Shown in pieces: positions 1 through 8,640 of a DNA stretch of 64,000 nt (position 1 is its first letter; each line of letters opens with the position of its first letter). The position numbers were made by a program, and so were the translations under genes. Source of the DNA: Acidimicrobiales bacterium (GTDB lineage Bacteria; Actinomycetota; Acidimicrobiia; Acidimicrobiales; JACCXE01); the NCBI GenBank assembly GCA_035546775.1, contig DASZWD010000030.1, forward strand, positions 207,526 to 271,525, read 5' to 3'. Under the pieces are notes generated by a model. The model did not search any database and was not told the origin of the DNA. It saw only the letters and a list, made by a program, of their open reading frames with translations.

Positions 1-2
1 TG

Positions 3-1310
3 AACGCGTGGTGGACCGAGGAGGAGATGGCCTACGCCCTCGAGGACTCCGGCACAAAGGTTCTGATCGCCGATCCCGAGCGGGCGAAGGTGGCCCACGA
101 CAGCGCGCAACGTCTCGGGATACGCACGCTCGTCGTGCGCGGCGACGCGCCCGACGCCGCGCGTTACGACGCCGTCGTGCACCTCGGCGACGTGCCCCCG
201 CCGATCGACATCGCACCCGACGACGACGCCACGATCCTGTACACGTCGGGCACGACGGGTCATCCCAAGGGTGCGGTGTCGACGCATCGCGCCATCACCA
301 ACTCGATCACCGGCTTCGCGTCGCGCACCGCACTCGAACGCGTGCGCAATCCCGACACCACCCGCGCCGCCACGAGCGACCCGCTCAGCTTCATCCTGAT
401 CGTGCCGCTCTTCCACGTCACCGGTGGCGTGCCCGTCATGCTCAGCTGCTTCGGCAGCGGCCTCAAACTCGTGATGATGTACAAGTGGGATCCGTCCCGC
501 GCGCTGGAACTCATCGAGCGCGAGCGCGTCACCAACTTCGTCGGCGTGCCGACGCAGAGCTGGGACCTGCTCGAGTGCCCCGACTTCGACAAGTTCGACA
601 CGTCGTCGCTGCTGTCGGTCGGCGGCGGTGGCGCGCCGGCGCCGCCCAAGCTCGTCGGCCGCGTCGCCTCGTCGTTCAAGAAGGCGGCCCCGAACATCGG
701 CTACGGCATGACGGAGACCAACGCCTACGGCCCCGGCAACTCGGGCAAGGACTACGTCGAGCACCCGACGTCGACGGGACGCGCCGCCCCCGGTCAGCTC
801 ATCGCCATCCGCGACGAGGACGGCAACGACCTCCCCGTCGGCGAACGCGGTGAGGTGTGGTTCAAGGGCCCATCGCTGATCCGCGGCTACTGGAACAAGC
901 CCGAGGCGACGGCCGAGACGATCGTCAACGGCTGGCTGCGCTCGGGCGACCTCGGCCGCCTCGACGAGGAGGGCTTCCTCTACATCGAGGACCGCGCCAA
1001 GGACATGGTGCTGCGCGGCGGCGAGAACGTGTACTGCGCCGAGGTCGAAGCGGCCATCTACGAGCATCCGGCGGTGTACGAAGCCGCAGTGTTCGGCATC
1101 CCGCACGAGCGGCTCGGCGAAGAAGTCGCCGCGGTGATCGTCGTACGCGACGGCGAGTCTCTCGACGCCGACGGCTTGCAGACCTACCTGCGCGAGCACC
1201 TGGCGCCGTTCAAGATCCCGTCGCACATCGAATTTCGCGCGCAGCAGCTGCCGCGCAACGCGTCCGGCAAGATCCTCAAGCGGCAGCTGCGGGACGAGAT
1301 GTCTGCTTGA
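3..1310 (+). CDS. AMP-dependent acyl-CoA synthetase/ligase (5' end outside window)
   Basis: Frame of ORF 27..1310 stays open back to nt 3 (NAWWTEEEMAYALEDSG). AMP-binding signature LYTSGTTGHPKG, GYGMTE, DRAKDMV, C-terminal SGKILKRQL. Confidence 0.9.
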   Translation, partial: NAWWTEEEMAYALEDSGTKVLIADPERAKVAHDSAQRLGIRTLVVRGDAPDAARYDAVVHLGDVPPPIDIAPDDDATILYTSGTTGHPKGAVSTHRAITNSITGFASRTALERVRNPDTTRAATSDPLSFILIVPLFHVTGGVPVMLSCFGSGLKLVMMYKWDPSRALELIERERVTNFVGVPTQSWDLLECPDFDKFDTSSLLSVGGGGAPAPPKLVGRVASSFKKAAPNIGYGMTETNAYGPGNSGKDYVEHPTSTGRAAPGQLIAIRDEDGNDLPVGERGEVWFKGPSLIRGYWNKPEATAETIVNGWLRSGDLGRLDEEGFLYIEDRAKDMVLRGGENVYCAEVEAAIYEHPAVYEAAVFGIPHERLGEEVAAVIVVRDGESLDADGLQTYLREHLAPFKIPSHIEFRAQQLPRNASGKILKRQLRDEMSA

Positions 1311-1320
1311 ATCCATACTG

Positions 1321-2508
1321 ATGAGTATGGAAACGACGCCGGACATCAACCTGCTCGATCGCGAGTTCTGGAGGACGCGGCAGCACGAAGCGTGGACGTG
1401 GTGCCGCGCCAACGATCCGGTGTACTTCGACGAGCACAGCGGCATCTGGGCCATCACCAAGCACGCCGACATCATCCACGTCGAGCGTCACGACGAGATC
1501 TTCTCGTCGGAGGGCAGCTACCGCCTCAACCCGTCGCCCGGCGAAGCCAACATGATCGCGGCCGACGACCCGCAGCACCTCAAGCAGCGGCGCCTCGTCA
1601 ACCGCGGCTTCACCCCGAGCGCCGTCGACACGTGGAATCCGCACTTCGACAAGTTGCTCGACTCGATGATCGAACCGCTGACGCCGAACGGTTCGTGCGA
1701 GGTCGTCGACGCGCTGGCCGGCCAGTTGCCGGCGCGCTTCACCTGCGCCTTGCTCGGCCTGCCCGACGAGCAGTGGCCCGTCGTCAAGGTGTGGTCCGAG
1801 AAGCTCATGCGCATCGACGCCATGACCATGGACAACGACGCCATCACCGGGATGATGGAGGCGAACCAGGAGCTCTACATGATGCTCATGGAGAAGGTGC
1901 CGGAACTGAAGGCGTGCCCGGTGGGCGACGGGCTGCTGTCGAAGTGGTCGCACTCGACGATCGACGGCGAGCCGATGACCCAGGAACAGATCCACCACGA
2001 GACGGGCCTGTTCGTCGCCGGCGGCGCCGAGACGACGCGCACCGCCATCGCGCACGGACTGCGCACGTTTTGCGATTACAACGACCAGTGGGAAGCCCTG
2101 TACAACGATCCGTCGTTGATGGTGAGCGCGGTCGACGAAGTGATCCGCTGGGTGACGCCGCTCAACAACATGTTCCGCCGCGTGAAGACCGACACCGTCG
2201 TCGGTGGCAAACAACTGCACGCCGGCGACCGGGTGGCGCTCGTGTATCCGTCCGGCAACCGCGACGAGGAGGTGTTCGACGATCCGTTCACCTTCGACAT
2301 CACCCGCAACCCGAACCCGCACGTCGCCTTCGGTCACGGCACCCACTTCTGCATCGGGCGCAACTTCGCCCGCCGCGAGCTCGAAATGCTCTTCGGCAAG
2401 CTCAATGAGGCATGGACCGACCTGCGCGTCGTCGAAGAAATCGACGTCGAACCCAACATTTTTGCGCCAGCCGTCCGATCGTTCGTGATGGGATTTACCG
2501 CCCGCTAG
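1321..2508 (+). CDS. cytochrome P450
   Basis: 395 aa. I-helix AGGAETT, ExxR (DEVIRW), heme-thiolate loop FGHGTHFCIGRNFA. Confidence 0.95.
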   Translation: MSMETTPDINLLDREFWRTRQHEAWTWCRANDPVYFDEHSGIWAITKHADIIHVERHDEIFSSEGSYRLNPSPGEANMIAADDPQHLKQRRLVNRGFTPSAVDTWNPHFDKLLDSMIEPLTPNGSCEVVDALAGQLPARFTCALLGLPDEQWPVVKVWSEKLMRIDAMTMDNDAITGMMEANQELYMMLMEKVPELKACPVGDGLLSKWSHSTIDGEPMTQEQIHHETGLFVAGGAETTRTAIAHGLRTFCDYNDQWEALYNDPSLMVSAVDEVIRWVTPLNNMFRRVKTDTVVGGKQLHAGDRVALVYPSGNRDEEVFDDPFTFDITRNPNPHVAFGHGTHFCIGRNFARRELEMLFGKLNEAWTDLRVVEEIDVEPNIFAPAVRSFVMGFTAR

Positions 2509-2590
2509 TTCGTCCCTTTTCGGCGTGGTTGGCACACGCCGTTCCGCGCATTACCCTTCTCCGCAACCCGATTCCGGGCCGCTATTTGTT

Positions 2591-3754
2591 ATGCACAACT
2601 TCCCCAACTCCCGACGCTGGCTTTGCTTCGTGGCGACCGCTGTTGCGGCGCTGACGATCGCCGCCACCACCGCGCCTGCCCACGCGAGCTCGGATCCCTA
2701 CACCGAGCGCAAGAACGTCCAGAAGCAGAAGAAGGCGATCGACGCCGAAGTCAGCACGCTCAAGAAGAGCGACGCCCAGCTCAGCAAGCAGATCGCGGAC
2801 CTCAACAACCAAGTCAGCAGCAGCCAGGCGGCCTACAACGCCGCGCAGGCCGCGGCCCAAGCCGCCGCCCAGGCCGCCGAGCTTGCCCGCGGCACCGAGG
2901 CCCAGACGGCCGCGAACTACAACCGCCTGCGCGCCCAGACGAAGAACCTCGCCCTGCAGCTGTACGAACACGGCTTCGAGGACAAGCAAGTCCCCAACCT
3001 CGACGCCAAGCAGCTCACCGAGGCGGCGGCGCACGGTTACCTGAAGCTGCGCGCCATCGCCCGCGGGCAGGACATCACCGTCCAGCTCGGCAAGCTGCGT
3101 GACCAGATGACGGCTGCCCGGCTCGAGGCCGAAGCGAAGCTGGCGCAAGCGGCGGCCGAGAAGGCGAAGCAGCAGTCGGCGCTCAACGAGTTGCAGAGCA
3201 GTCGCAGCAAGCAGAAGAACGTGCAGACCGCCATCGAGGCGCGCCTCGAAGCCGCGCTCGCCGAGTCGTCGTTCCTCGCCGCCCAGGACAAGGCGCTGTC
3301 GGCCGAGATCGCCCGGCGCGCCAACGGTGGTGGCGGCGGCAGCGGTCGCATCAGCGTCGGCAACGTCGACACCGTGACCGTGCAGGGCATCACCGTCGCC
3401 CGCTCGATCGGCACGCAGCTGAACAATCTGCTCAACGCGGCGAAGGCCGATGGCATCGTGCTCAGCGGTTGGGGCTATCGCAGCTCCGACCAGCAGATCG
3501 CGCTGCGCAAGGCCCACTGCGGCACGAGCGAGTACGCCGTCTACGAGATGCCGGCCAACCAGTGCCACCCGCCCACAGCCCGCCCCGGCGCCTCGATGCA
3601 CGAGCGCGGCCTGGCGGTCGACTTCACCGTCAACGGATCGATCATCACGTCGCACTCGAGTTCGGCGTGGCAGTGGCTGAACAAGAACGCCTCGAAGTAC
3701 GGGCTCTACAACCTCGCCAGCGAGCCCTGGCACTGGTCCACCAACGGCAACTAG
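2591..3754 (+). CDS. secreted coiled-coil protein with C-terminal M15 (VanY-like) D,D-peptidase domain
   Basis: In-frame ATG at 2591 gives signal peptide MHNFPNSRRWLCFVATAVAALTIAATTAPAHA. About 230 aa is Ala/Gln/Lys-rich heptad-like sequence. C-terminus has the SxHxxGxAxD motif (SMHERGLAVD) and ExxH (EPWH). Confidence 0.8.
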   Translation: MHNFPNSRRWLCFVATAVAALTIAATTAPAHASSDPYTERKNVQKQKKAIDAEVSTLKKSDAQLSKQIADLNNQVSSSQAAYNAAQAAAQAAAQAAELARGTEAQTAANYNRLRAQTKNLALQLYEHGFEDKQVPNLDAKQLTEAAAHGYLKLRAIARGQDITVQLGKLRDQMTAARLEAEAKLAQAAAEKAKQQSALNELQSSRSKQKNVQTAIEARLEAALAESSFLAAQDKALSAEIARRANGGGGGSGRISVGNVDTVTVQGITVARSIGTQLNNLLNAAKADGIVLSGWGYRSSDQQIALRKAHCGTSEYAVYEMPANQCHPPTARPGASMHERGLAVDFTVNGSIITSHSSSAWQWLNKNASKYGLYNLASEPWHWSTNGN

Positions 3755-3796
3755 CCCGACGGCATCGTCGCGCACCGGGCTGGGTATCTCCGGTGC

Positions 3797-4042
3797 ATGG
3801 CAACGAGCAAGCTGACCACGAAGAAACAGAACGATCTTCCTGACCGGGCCTTCGCGTTCACCAAAAAGCGCAAGGAACCGCTCGTCGACGCCAAGCACGT
3901 CCGCAACGCCATCGCCCGGTTCGACCAGGTCGAAGACGTCACCAACGCCGAGCGCGACGCAGCGTGGAAGAAGATCCGCGCCGCGGCCAAGAAGTTCGAC
4001 ATCGAGGTGGAAGCGAAGGACTGGCGCGAACTCACCAAGTGA
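3797..4042 (+). CDS. small conserved basic protein (LPDRAFAF...HVRNAIARF motif family)
   Basis: 81 aa ORF with high GC3. Motif LPDRAFAF-x12-DAKHVRNAIARFDQ is one I recognise from a widespread small actinobacterial/phage-associated domain. Its stop overlaps the next start (GTGA). Confidence 0.6.
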   Translation: MATSKLTTKKQNDLPDRAFAFTKKRKEPLVDAKHVRNAIARFDQVEDVTNAERDAAWKKIRAAAKKFDIEVEAKDWRELTK

Positions 4043-4650
4043 CGGTCGCCACCTGCGACTTCGGTCCGTTGACCGTCGCCTACGACGAGCGCGTGCTCAC
4101 GCCCCGACCGTGGACACTCCTGCAAAGCCGGTGGGCGGCCGAGCTTTCACCGGAACTCCCCGACGGGCCGATCCTCGAACTATGCGCCGGGGCCGGCCAC
4201 ATCGGTCTCGCCGCCGCCGTCCTCACCGGGCGCCCACTCGTACAGGTCGAGTGTGACCCGACCGCCGCCGCGTTTGCGACGCGGAACGCGCGCGCGGCGG
4301 GCGTGCGCAACCACGAGATGCGCGTCACCACGATCGACGCGGCGACCTTCGTCGGCGAGACGTTCCCGCTGATCCTCGCCGACCCGCCGTATCTGCCAAC
4401 GGCTGACGTCGAGCGCTTTCCCGACGACCCCCGCCGCGCCATCGACGGCGGTCGTGACGGGCTGACCTACGTGCGCACGTGCATCGCCATTGCGGCGCTG
4501 CACCTCGCCGCGCCGGGCGCGCTTCTCCTTCAGTTGCGCGGGCCGGCACAAGCAAACTCCGTGGGCGCGCGCACCATCCGTGCACACGACGACGAGCGCG
4601 CCGTTGCGTTGCTCACCCGCAACGAGATTGAACGTTGCGCGATTGGGTAA
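4039..4650 (+). CDS. HemK/PrmC-family class I SAM-dependent methyltransferase (DPPY variant, no N-terminal helical domain)
   Basis: In-frame GTG at 4039 overlaps the upstream TGA. Motif I ILELCAGAGHIG, motif IV ILADPPYLP, HemK-like DPRRAIDGGRDGL. Confidence 0.75.
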   Translation: MTVATCDFGPLTVAYDERVLTPRPWTLLQSRWAAELSPELPDGPILELCAGAGHIGLAAAVLTGRPLVQVECDPTAAAFATRNARAAGVRNHEMRVTTIDAATFVGETFPLILADPPYLPTADVERFPDDPRRAIDGGRDGLTYVRTCIAIAALHLAAPGALLLQLRGPAQANSVGARTIRAHDDERAVALLTRNEIERCAIG

Positions 4651-4695
4651 CCTCTTTGTTGCCGCTCAAGTAGTCGGGCGTTGTGGTTGTAAGGG

Positions 4696-5637
4696 ATGAA
4701 GATGACCGCACTCCAGTTCCGCCTGCGTGCTGCACTCGACAACGAAGCATTCGACAACCTGCAATACGTCGATCCGCAGAACGACCGCGACGCGTTGCTC
4801 ACGTTGCTCGACATCTACGAACTCTGGCTGGCGCCGCTCGACACTGTCGGCGATCAGGCACGGTTCCAGAACCAGCCGGCGATCACCGCGCTGAAGTGGC
4901 GCCTCGAAGAGTGGCTCGTGGACTACCTCGACAGCCGTGTCGGCCGCCCGAACCTCGAACTGGGCGACGTCGCCGACGCCATTCGTCGCATCGCCCGGCA
5001 AGCGCACGACTCGATCTACGACTGGATCGCAACCAGCGCCGACTGGGATCAGCTCGTGACGTTCCTCGCGATCGAGGGTGGTCCTGACGGCGGCTTCGAC
5101 GACCTCGTCGCCGTCGCCCAGGTCGGCTTGAAAGGCGAACCCAAGGTGGTGCTCGGCGCCAACTACTGGGACGAGATGGGCCGCGGTGATCCCGACGGCG
5201 TGCACACGACGCTGCACGATCGCCTGGTGGAAGCCGTCGGCCTGCAGGCGCCGAACGTCAACGAACTGCCCACGTCCGCGTTATACCGCTCGGCGCTGAA
5301 CGGGCTGCTGGCCACGAATCGACACTTGCAGCCCGAGATGCTCGGCGCGCTCGGGTTGCTCGAGCTCCAGGCGGGGCAGCGCTGTAGGCGTGTCCTCGAT
5401 GCGCTGCACCGCCTCGGGGCGCCGAAGGACGCGTACCCGTTCTACGAGGAGCACGCCAGCACCGATCCGCGCCACGGCAAGGAGTGGCTCGAGGCCGCCC
5501 TACGACCGCTGGTGGCCGAGCATCCGGAATGGGCCCAGGGCATGATCCGCGGTGCCCGCTGGCGCGCCGACGTGAACGCCCGCCTCTTCCGCGACCTGCA
5601 CACCCTCGTGGCGACGCGGGAGCTGCAGCCCGCTTGA
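4696..5637 (+). CDS. heme-oxygenase-like iron-containing redox enzyme family protein
   Basis: 313 aa all-helical. Carboxylate/His ligand-like spacing: AIEGG, YWDEMGRGDPDGVHTTLH, LLELQ, YEEHASTDPRH. AAGGG 7 nt upstream of the ATG. Confidence 0.55.
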   Translation: MKMTALQFRLRAALDNEAFDNLQYVDPQNDRDALLTLLDIYELWLAPLDTVGDQARFQNQPAITALKWRLEEWLVDYLDSRVGRPNLELGDVADAIRRIARQAHDSIYDWIATSADWDQLVTFLAIEGGPDGGFDDLVAVAQVGLKGEPKVVLGANYWDEMGRGDPDGVHTTLHDRLVEAVGLQAPNVNELPTSALYRSALNGLLATNRHLQPEMLGALGLLELQAGQRCRRVLDALHRLGAPKDAYPFYEEHASTDPRHGKEWLEAALRPLVAEHPEWAQGMIRGARWRADVNARLFRDLHTLVATRELQPA

Positions 5638-6566
5638 GCGGGATCACCTTCGTCAGCGATCAGACCCCCGGTATCCGCCGGCAGCGGCGCGGGCGCGCCA
5701 AGCACTTCACCTACATCAGCCCGACGGGCCGCGAGCTCAACGGCGCCGTGGCGGCGCGCATCAACGCGCTGGCGATTCCGCCGGCGTGGACCGACGTGTG
5801 GATCTGTCCCGACCCGAACGGTCACATCCAGGCGACGGGGCGCGACGCCCGCGGTCGCAAGCAGTACCGCTATCACCCGCAGTACCGCCAGGGCCGCGAG
5901 CGCGCCAAGTTCCGCAACCTCGTGCCCTTCGGCGAAGCGCTCGGCGCGCTGCGAGCCCGCATCGACACCGACCTGCGCTCCCCCACGCTCACCTACGAGC
6001 GCGTCGTGGCGGGCGTCGTCGCGCTCATCGGCGAGACGTTCGTGCGCGTGGGCAACGAGTCCTACGCCCGCACGAATGAGACCTACGGCATCACGACGCT
6101 GCGCACCAACCACGTCGACGTGTCGGGCACGCACCTTCACCTGTGCTTCGTCGGCAAGGGCGGCAAGGAGTTCGACCTCGACTGCTGCCATCCGCGCGTG
6201 GCGCGCCTGGTGCGCCGCCTGCAGGACCTGCCCGGCCAGCGCCTGTTCCAGTACGTCGACGACGACGGGGTGGTGCGCGCCGTGTCGTCCAACAACGTCA
6301 ACGACTACCTGCGAACGGCGACAGGAGTCGACGCCACCGCCAAGACATTCCGAACCTGGGGCGCGTCGCTGCTGGCGGCGCAGCAACTCAGGGTCGACCC
6401 GCCGCCGAAACTGAACGACGCGCTGCGGCCAGTCGCCGACGCACTCGGCAACACGCTGGCGGTGTGCAAGGCGTCCTACGTGCACCCTCGGGTCATCGCC
6501 CTTCACGAGAAGGGCACGCTGCACGACGCGTGGGCGCGCGGCCCCGCCCGTGCGGCCGGGGGCTGA
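5634..6566 (+). CDS. DNA topoisomerase IB (bacterial/poxvirus type)
   Basis: In-frame TTG at 5634 overlaps the upstream TGA. IPPAWTDVWICPDPNGHIQATGRDARGRKQYRYHP, TLRTNHV, FxGKGGKE, catalytic-Tyr region CKASYVHP. Confidence 0.85.
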   Translation: MSGITFVSDQTPGIRRQRRGRAKHFTYISPTGRELNGAVAARINALAIPPAWTDVWICPDPNGHIQATGRDARGRKQYRYHPQYRQGRERAKFRNLVPFGEALGALRARIDTDLRSPTLTYERVVAGVVALIGETFVRVGNESYARTNETYGITTLRTNHVDVSGTHLHLCFVGKGGKEFDLDCCHPRVARLVRRLQDLPGQRLFQYVDDDGVVRAVSSNNVNDYLRTATGVDATAKTFRTWGASLLAAQQLRVDPPPKLNDALRPVADALGNTLAVCKASYVHPRVIALHEKGTLHDAWARGPARAAGG

Positions 6567-6609
6567 GTGCCGACGAGCGCAAGTTGCTGGCGGTGCTCGG
6601 TTCTTCCTA

Positions 6610-6629
6610 ATCTTAGGTATGCCTAAGAT
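6610..6629. promoter_or_regulatory. perfect 8-4-8 inverted repeat ATCTTAGG-TATG-CCTAAGAT spanning the cupredoxin start codon
   Basis: Read directly. Arms are 6610-6617 and 6622-6629, and the ATG is at 6619-6621. It sits in a local AT-rich patch within GC-rich DNA. Confidence 0.6.
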
Positions 6630-7305
6630 TTTTGCTATTGCGGTCCTGACGCTGGCACTCGTCGGTTGCAGTGCGAAGAAGGCCGACACGGTCGTCGCCG
6701 TCACCGGCACCGACAAGGCCTGCACGGCCGCCGACACGACGCTCAACGCCGGAACGATCCGCTTCCAGATGACGAACAAGGCGAAGCTCACCAACGAGCT
6801 CTACGTCCTCGGCGACAAGGACCGCGTGATCAAGGAGGTCGAGAACGTCCTGCCGGGCGGGACGGCCGACCTCGACGTCGACCTCAAGGCGGGCACCTAC
6901 ACGCTCAACTGCAAGCCGGGTCAGACCGGCGACGGCTTCCGCCAGAAGTTCACGGTGAAGGGCGCCGGCGGGACGACGGGTGCCGTCGGCGCCAAGGCCG
7001 ATCGGACCATCGACGTGACCGCCCGCGAGTTCGCGTACACGTTCGCCACGCCCCTCTCGATCAACCAGGGCGACGCCATCGAGTTCGACCTCACCAACGC
7101 CGGCCAGGAACACCACGAGTTCGAAGTCCTCGGACCCGACGGGAAATCCATCGGCGAAATCGAGAGTGTCGCACCGGGCCGCTCGGGCACCGCCACGTTC
7201 GTATTCGCCAAGCCTGGCGTCTACACGTACCAGTGCCTGCTGAAGACGCCCGACGGCCGCGTCCACAAGAACCTCGGCATGACGGGCACCTTCACCGTCT
7301 CCTAG
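6619..7305 (+). CDS. two-domain cupredoxin lipoprotein (EfeO-N-like domain + type-1 copper domain)
   Basis: Lipobox MPKIFAIAVLTLALVGC. The second domain has His (EHHEFEV) and C-x8-H-x4-M (YQCLLKTPDGRVHKNLGM) blue-copper ligand spacing. Confidence 0.75.
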   Translation: MPKIFAIAVLTLALVGCSAKKADTVVAVTGTDKACTAADTTLNAGTIRFQMTNKAKLTNELYVLGDKDRVIKEVENVLPGGTADLDVDLKAGTYTLNCKPGQTGDGFRQKFTVKGAGGTTGAVGAKADRTIDVTAREFAYTFATPLSINQGDAIEFDLTNAGQEHHEFEVLGPDGKSIGEIESVAPGRSGTATFVFAKPGVYTYQCLLKTPDGRVHKNLGMTGTFTVS

Positions 7306-7787
7306 TTCGCCACCACCAGGCTGAAGCGCCCTTCGCCGTAACCCGCCACCTTGATGGCGAGATCCATGCGACCGGTCGGCCGCCTCACGGCGGCGTCGAC
7401 CGCCGGCGGCAGCGCGGCACCGACGTCGTAGAGCGCCGCGATCTTGACGTGCGGTTGGCCGGGCAAGTTGAACAGCGAGCAGGCGATGTTCATCGTCTCG
7501 TAGAGGTTCTCGCGCACGACGGGCGACAGGTCGCCGTCCTTCGCCATGTCCTGCGCGCCACCGGGCGGCAGCAGACCCATGGCGGCGCCGATGTACGCGC
7601 CGGCCGACGAGTCGACGAGACCGAGCGTGGCGAGCGCGCCGTCGTCGTCCACGAACTCGGCCACGAGGATCTTCTCGCCCGCCGGCGGGATCCACACCGG
7701 GCCGTCCTTCACTTCGACATCGCGACCGAGCAGGCTTTCGAGCAGGTCGCGGACGTCCTTGACTGGGGGAAGTGTCGACAGTCCCAT
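7302..7787 (-). CDS. CheX/CheC-superfamily-like protein (divergent), last gene of che operon
   Basis: 161 aa from the internal ATG at 7787, which shares one nt with the cheY TGA (TGATG). Has an E-x2-N element (YETMN). No other recognisable family. Confidence 0.5.
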   Translation of the reverse strand: MGLSTLPPVKDVRDLLESLLGRDVEVKDGPVWIPPAGEKILVAEFVDDDGALATLGLVDSSAGAYIGAAMGLLPPGGAQDMAKDGDLSPVVRENLYETMNIACSLFNLPGQPHVKIAALYDVGAALPPAVDAAVRRPTGRMDLAIKVAGYGEGRFSLVVAN

Positions 7788-8149
7788 CAGCCGAGCACCG
7801 GTTGCAGCACTTCGCGGAACGCTTCGGGCGTGAACGGCTTGGCGATGAGGAATAGCGCGCCGGCTTCTTCGGCGAGCTCGCGCATTTGCGTCGAACCCTC
7901 GGACGTCACAAAGCCAAAGGGCCGCCCGTCTCCCGTCGACCGCAGTTGCTTCAGGAAGTCGATGCCGCTCATCTCGGGCATGTTCCAGTCGGACAGCACG
8001 AGGTCGGGCTGTTCGGCGCCCACCATCGTCAGGCCCTCGGCGCCACTGGATGCCTCGACCACGGTGGCGTCGCCGTAGCCCGCTTGGCGCAGCGTGCGCA
8101 CCACGATCTGGCGCATCACGCGGCTGTCGTCGGCAATCAAGATTTTCAT
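7787..8149 (-). CDS. cheY: chemotaxis response regulator CheY
   Basis: 120 aa single receiver. MKILIADDS, DWNMPEMSG, KPF. Confidence 0.9.
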   Translation of the reverse strand: MKILIADDSRVMRQIVVRTLRQAGYGDATVVEASSGAEGLTMVGAEQPDLVLSDWNMPEMSGIDFLKQLRSTGDGRPFGFVTSEGSTQMRELAEEAGALFLIAKPFTPEAFREVLQPVLG

Positions 8150-8640
8150 TCGGCCATCTCCTTGTGGTTTGACTCCTTCTCTTCGGGCGCCCAGACACTC
8201 ACGATGAACGGGGCGTCGTGCCACGTCATCTCGACCCGGGTCGCCTCCACGGTTCCAGGCAGGCGTTCGCGCGCGGAGCCGAGGACGGCGACGGGAAGCG
8301 ACAACTTGCTCGGGCCCGGCATCATCGCCTTGACGTTGCCGCCCACCACGTTGGCGAACTCGCCCATCGCGTCGGACAGGTCGTCGTCGGTGATCTCTTC
8401 GGGTTCGGTCATGAGCAGACCGGCCGCGATCTTGCGGCCGAGTACCTCGCCGCACGCCATCACGACATGACCCGACCATTCACCGGTCACCGACACCGAC
8501 GCGGACACGTCCAGCGGCGAGCCGTCGTAGGGCAACGGATACGGCAGCGGCCCGTCTTCGCCAATGAGACCCTGGAAGATCTCCTGCACGATCTGCTCGA
8601 CGACTTCGGGTTCGGGTCCGGTGTGAATGAGGGTCACCAC
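8146..8640 (-). CDS. cheX: CheX-type CheY-P phosphatase
   Basis: 164 aa. D-x3-E-x2-N motif (DAMGEFAN). Operon context between two cheY genes. Confidence 0.75.
   Translation of the reverse strand: MVTLIHTGPEPEVVEQIVQEIFQGLIGEDGPLPYPLPYDGSPLDVSASVSVTGEWSGHVVMACGEVLGRKIAAGLLMTEPEEITDDDLSDAMGEFANVVGGNVKAMMPGPSKLSLPVAVLGSARERLPGTVEATRVEMTWHDAPFIVSVWAPEEKESNHKEMAE

Noticed and set aside
7302-7305. CTAG shared by the stop codons of two convergent genes (cupredoxin TAG on plus, CheX-like TAG on minus)
   Set aside because: This is real but a trivial consequence of the palindromic CTAG. No functional implication can be argued.
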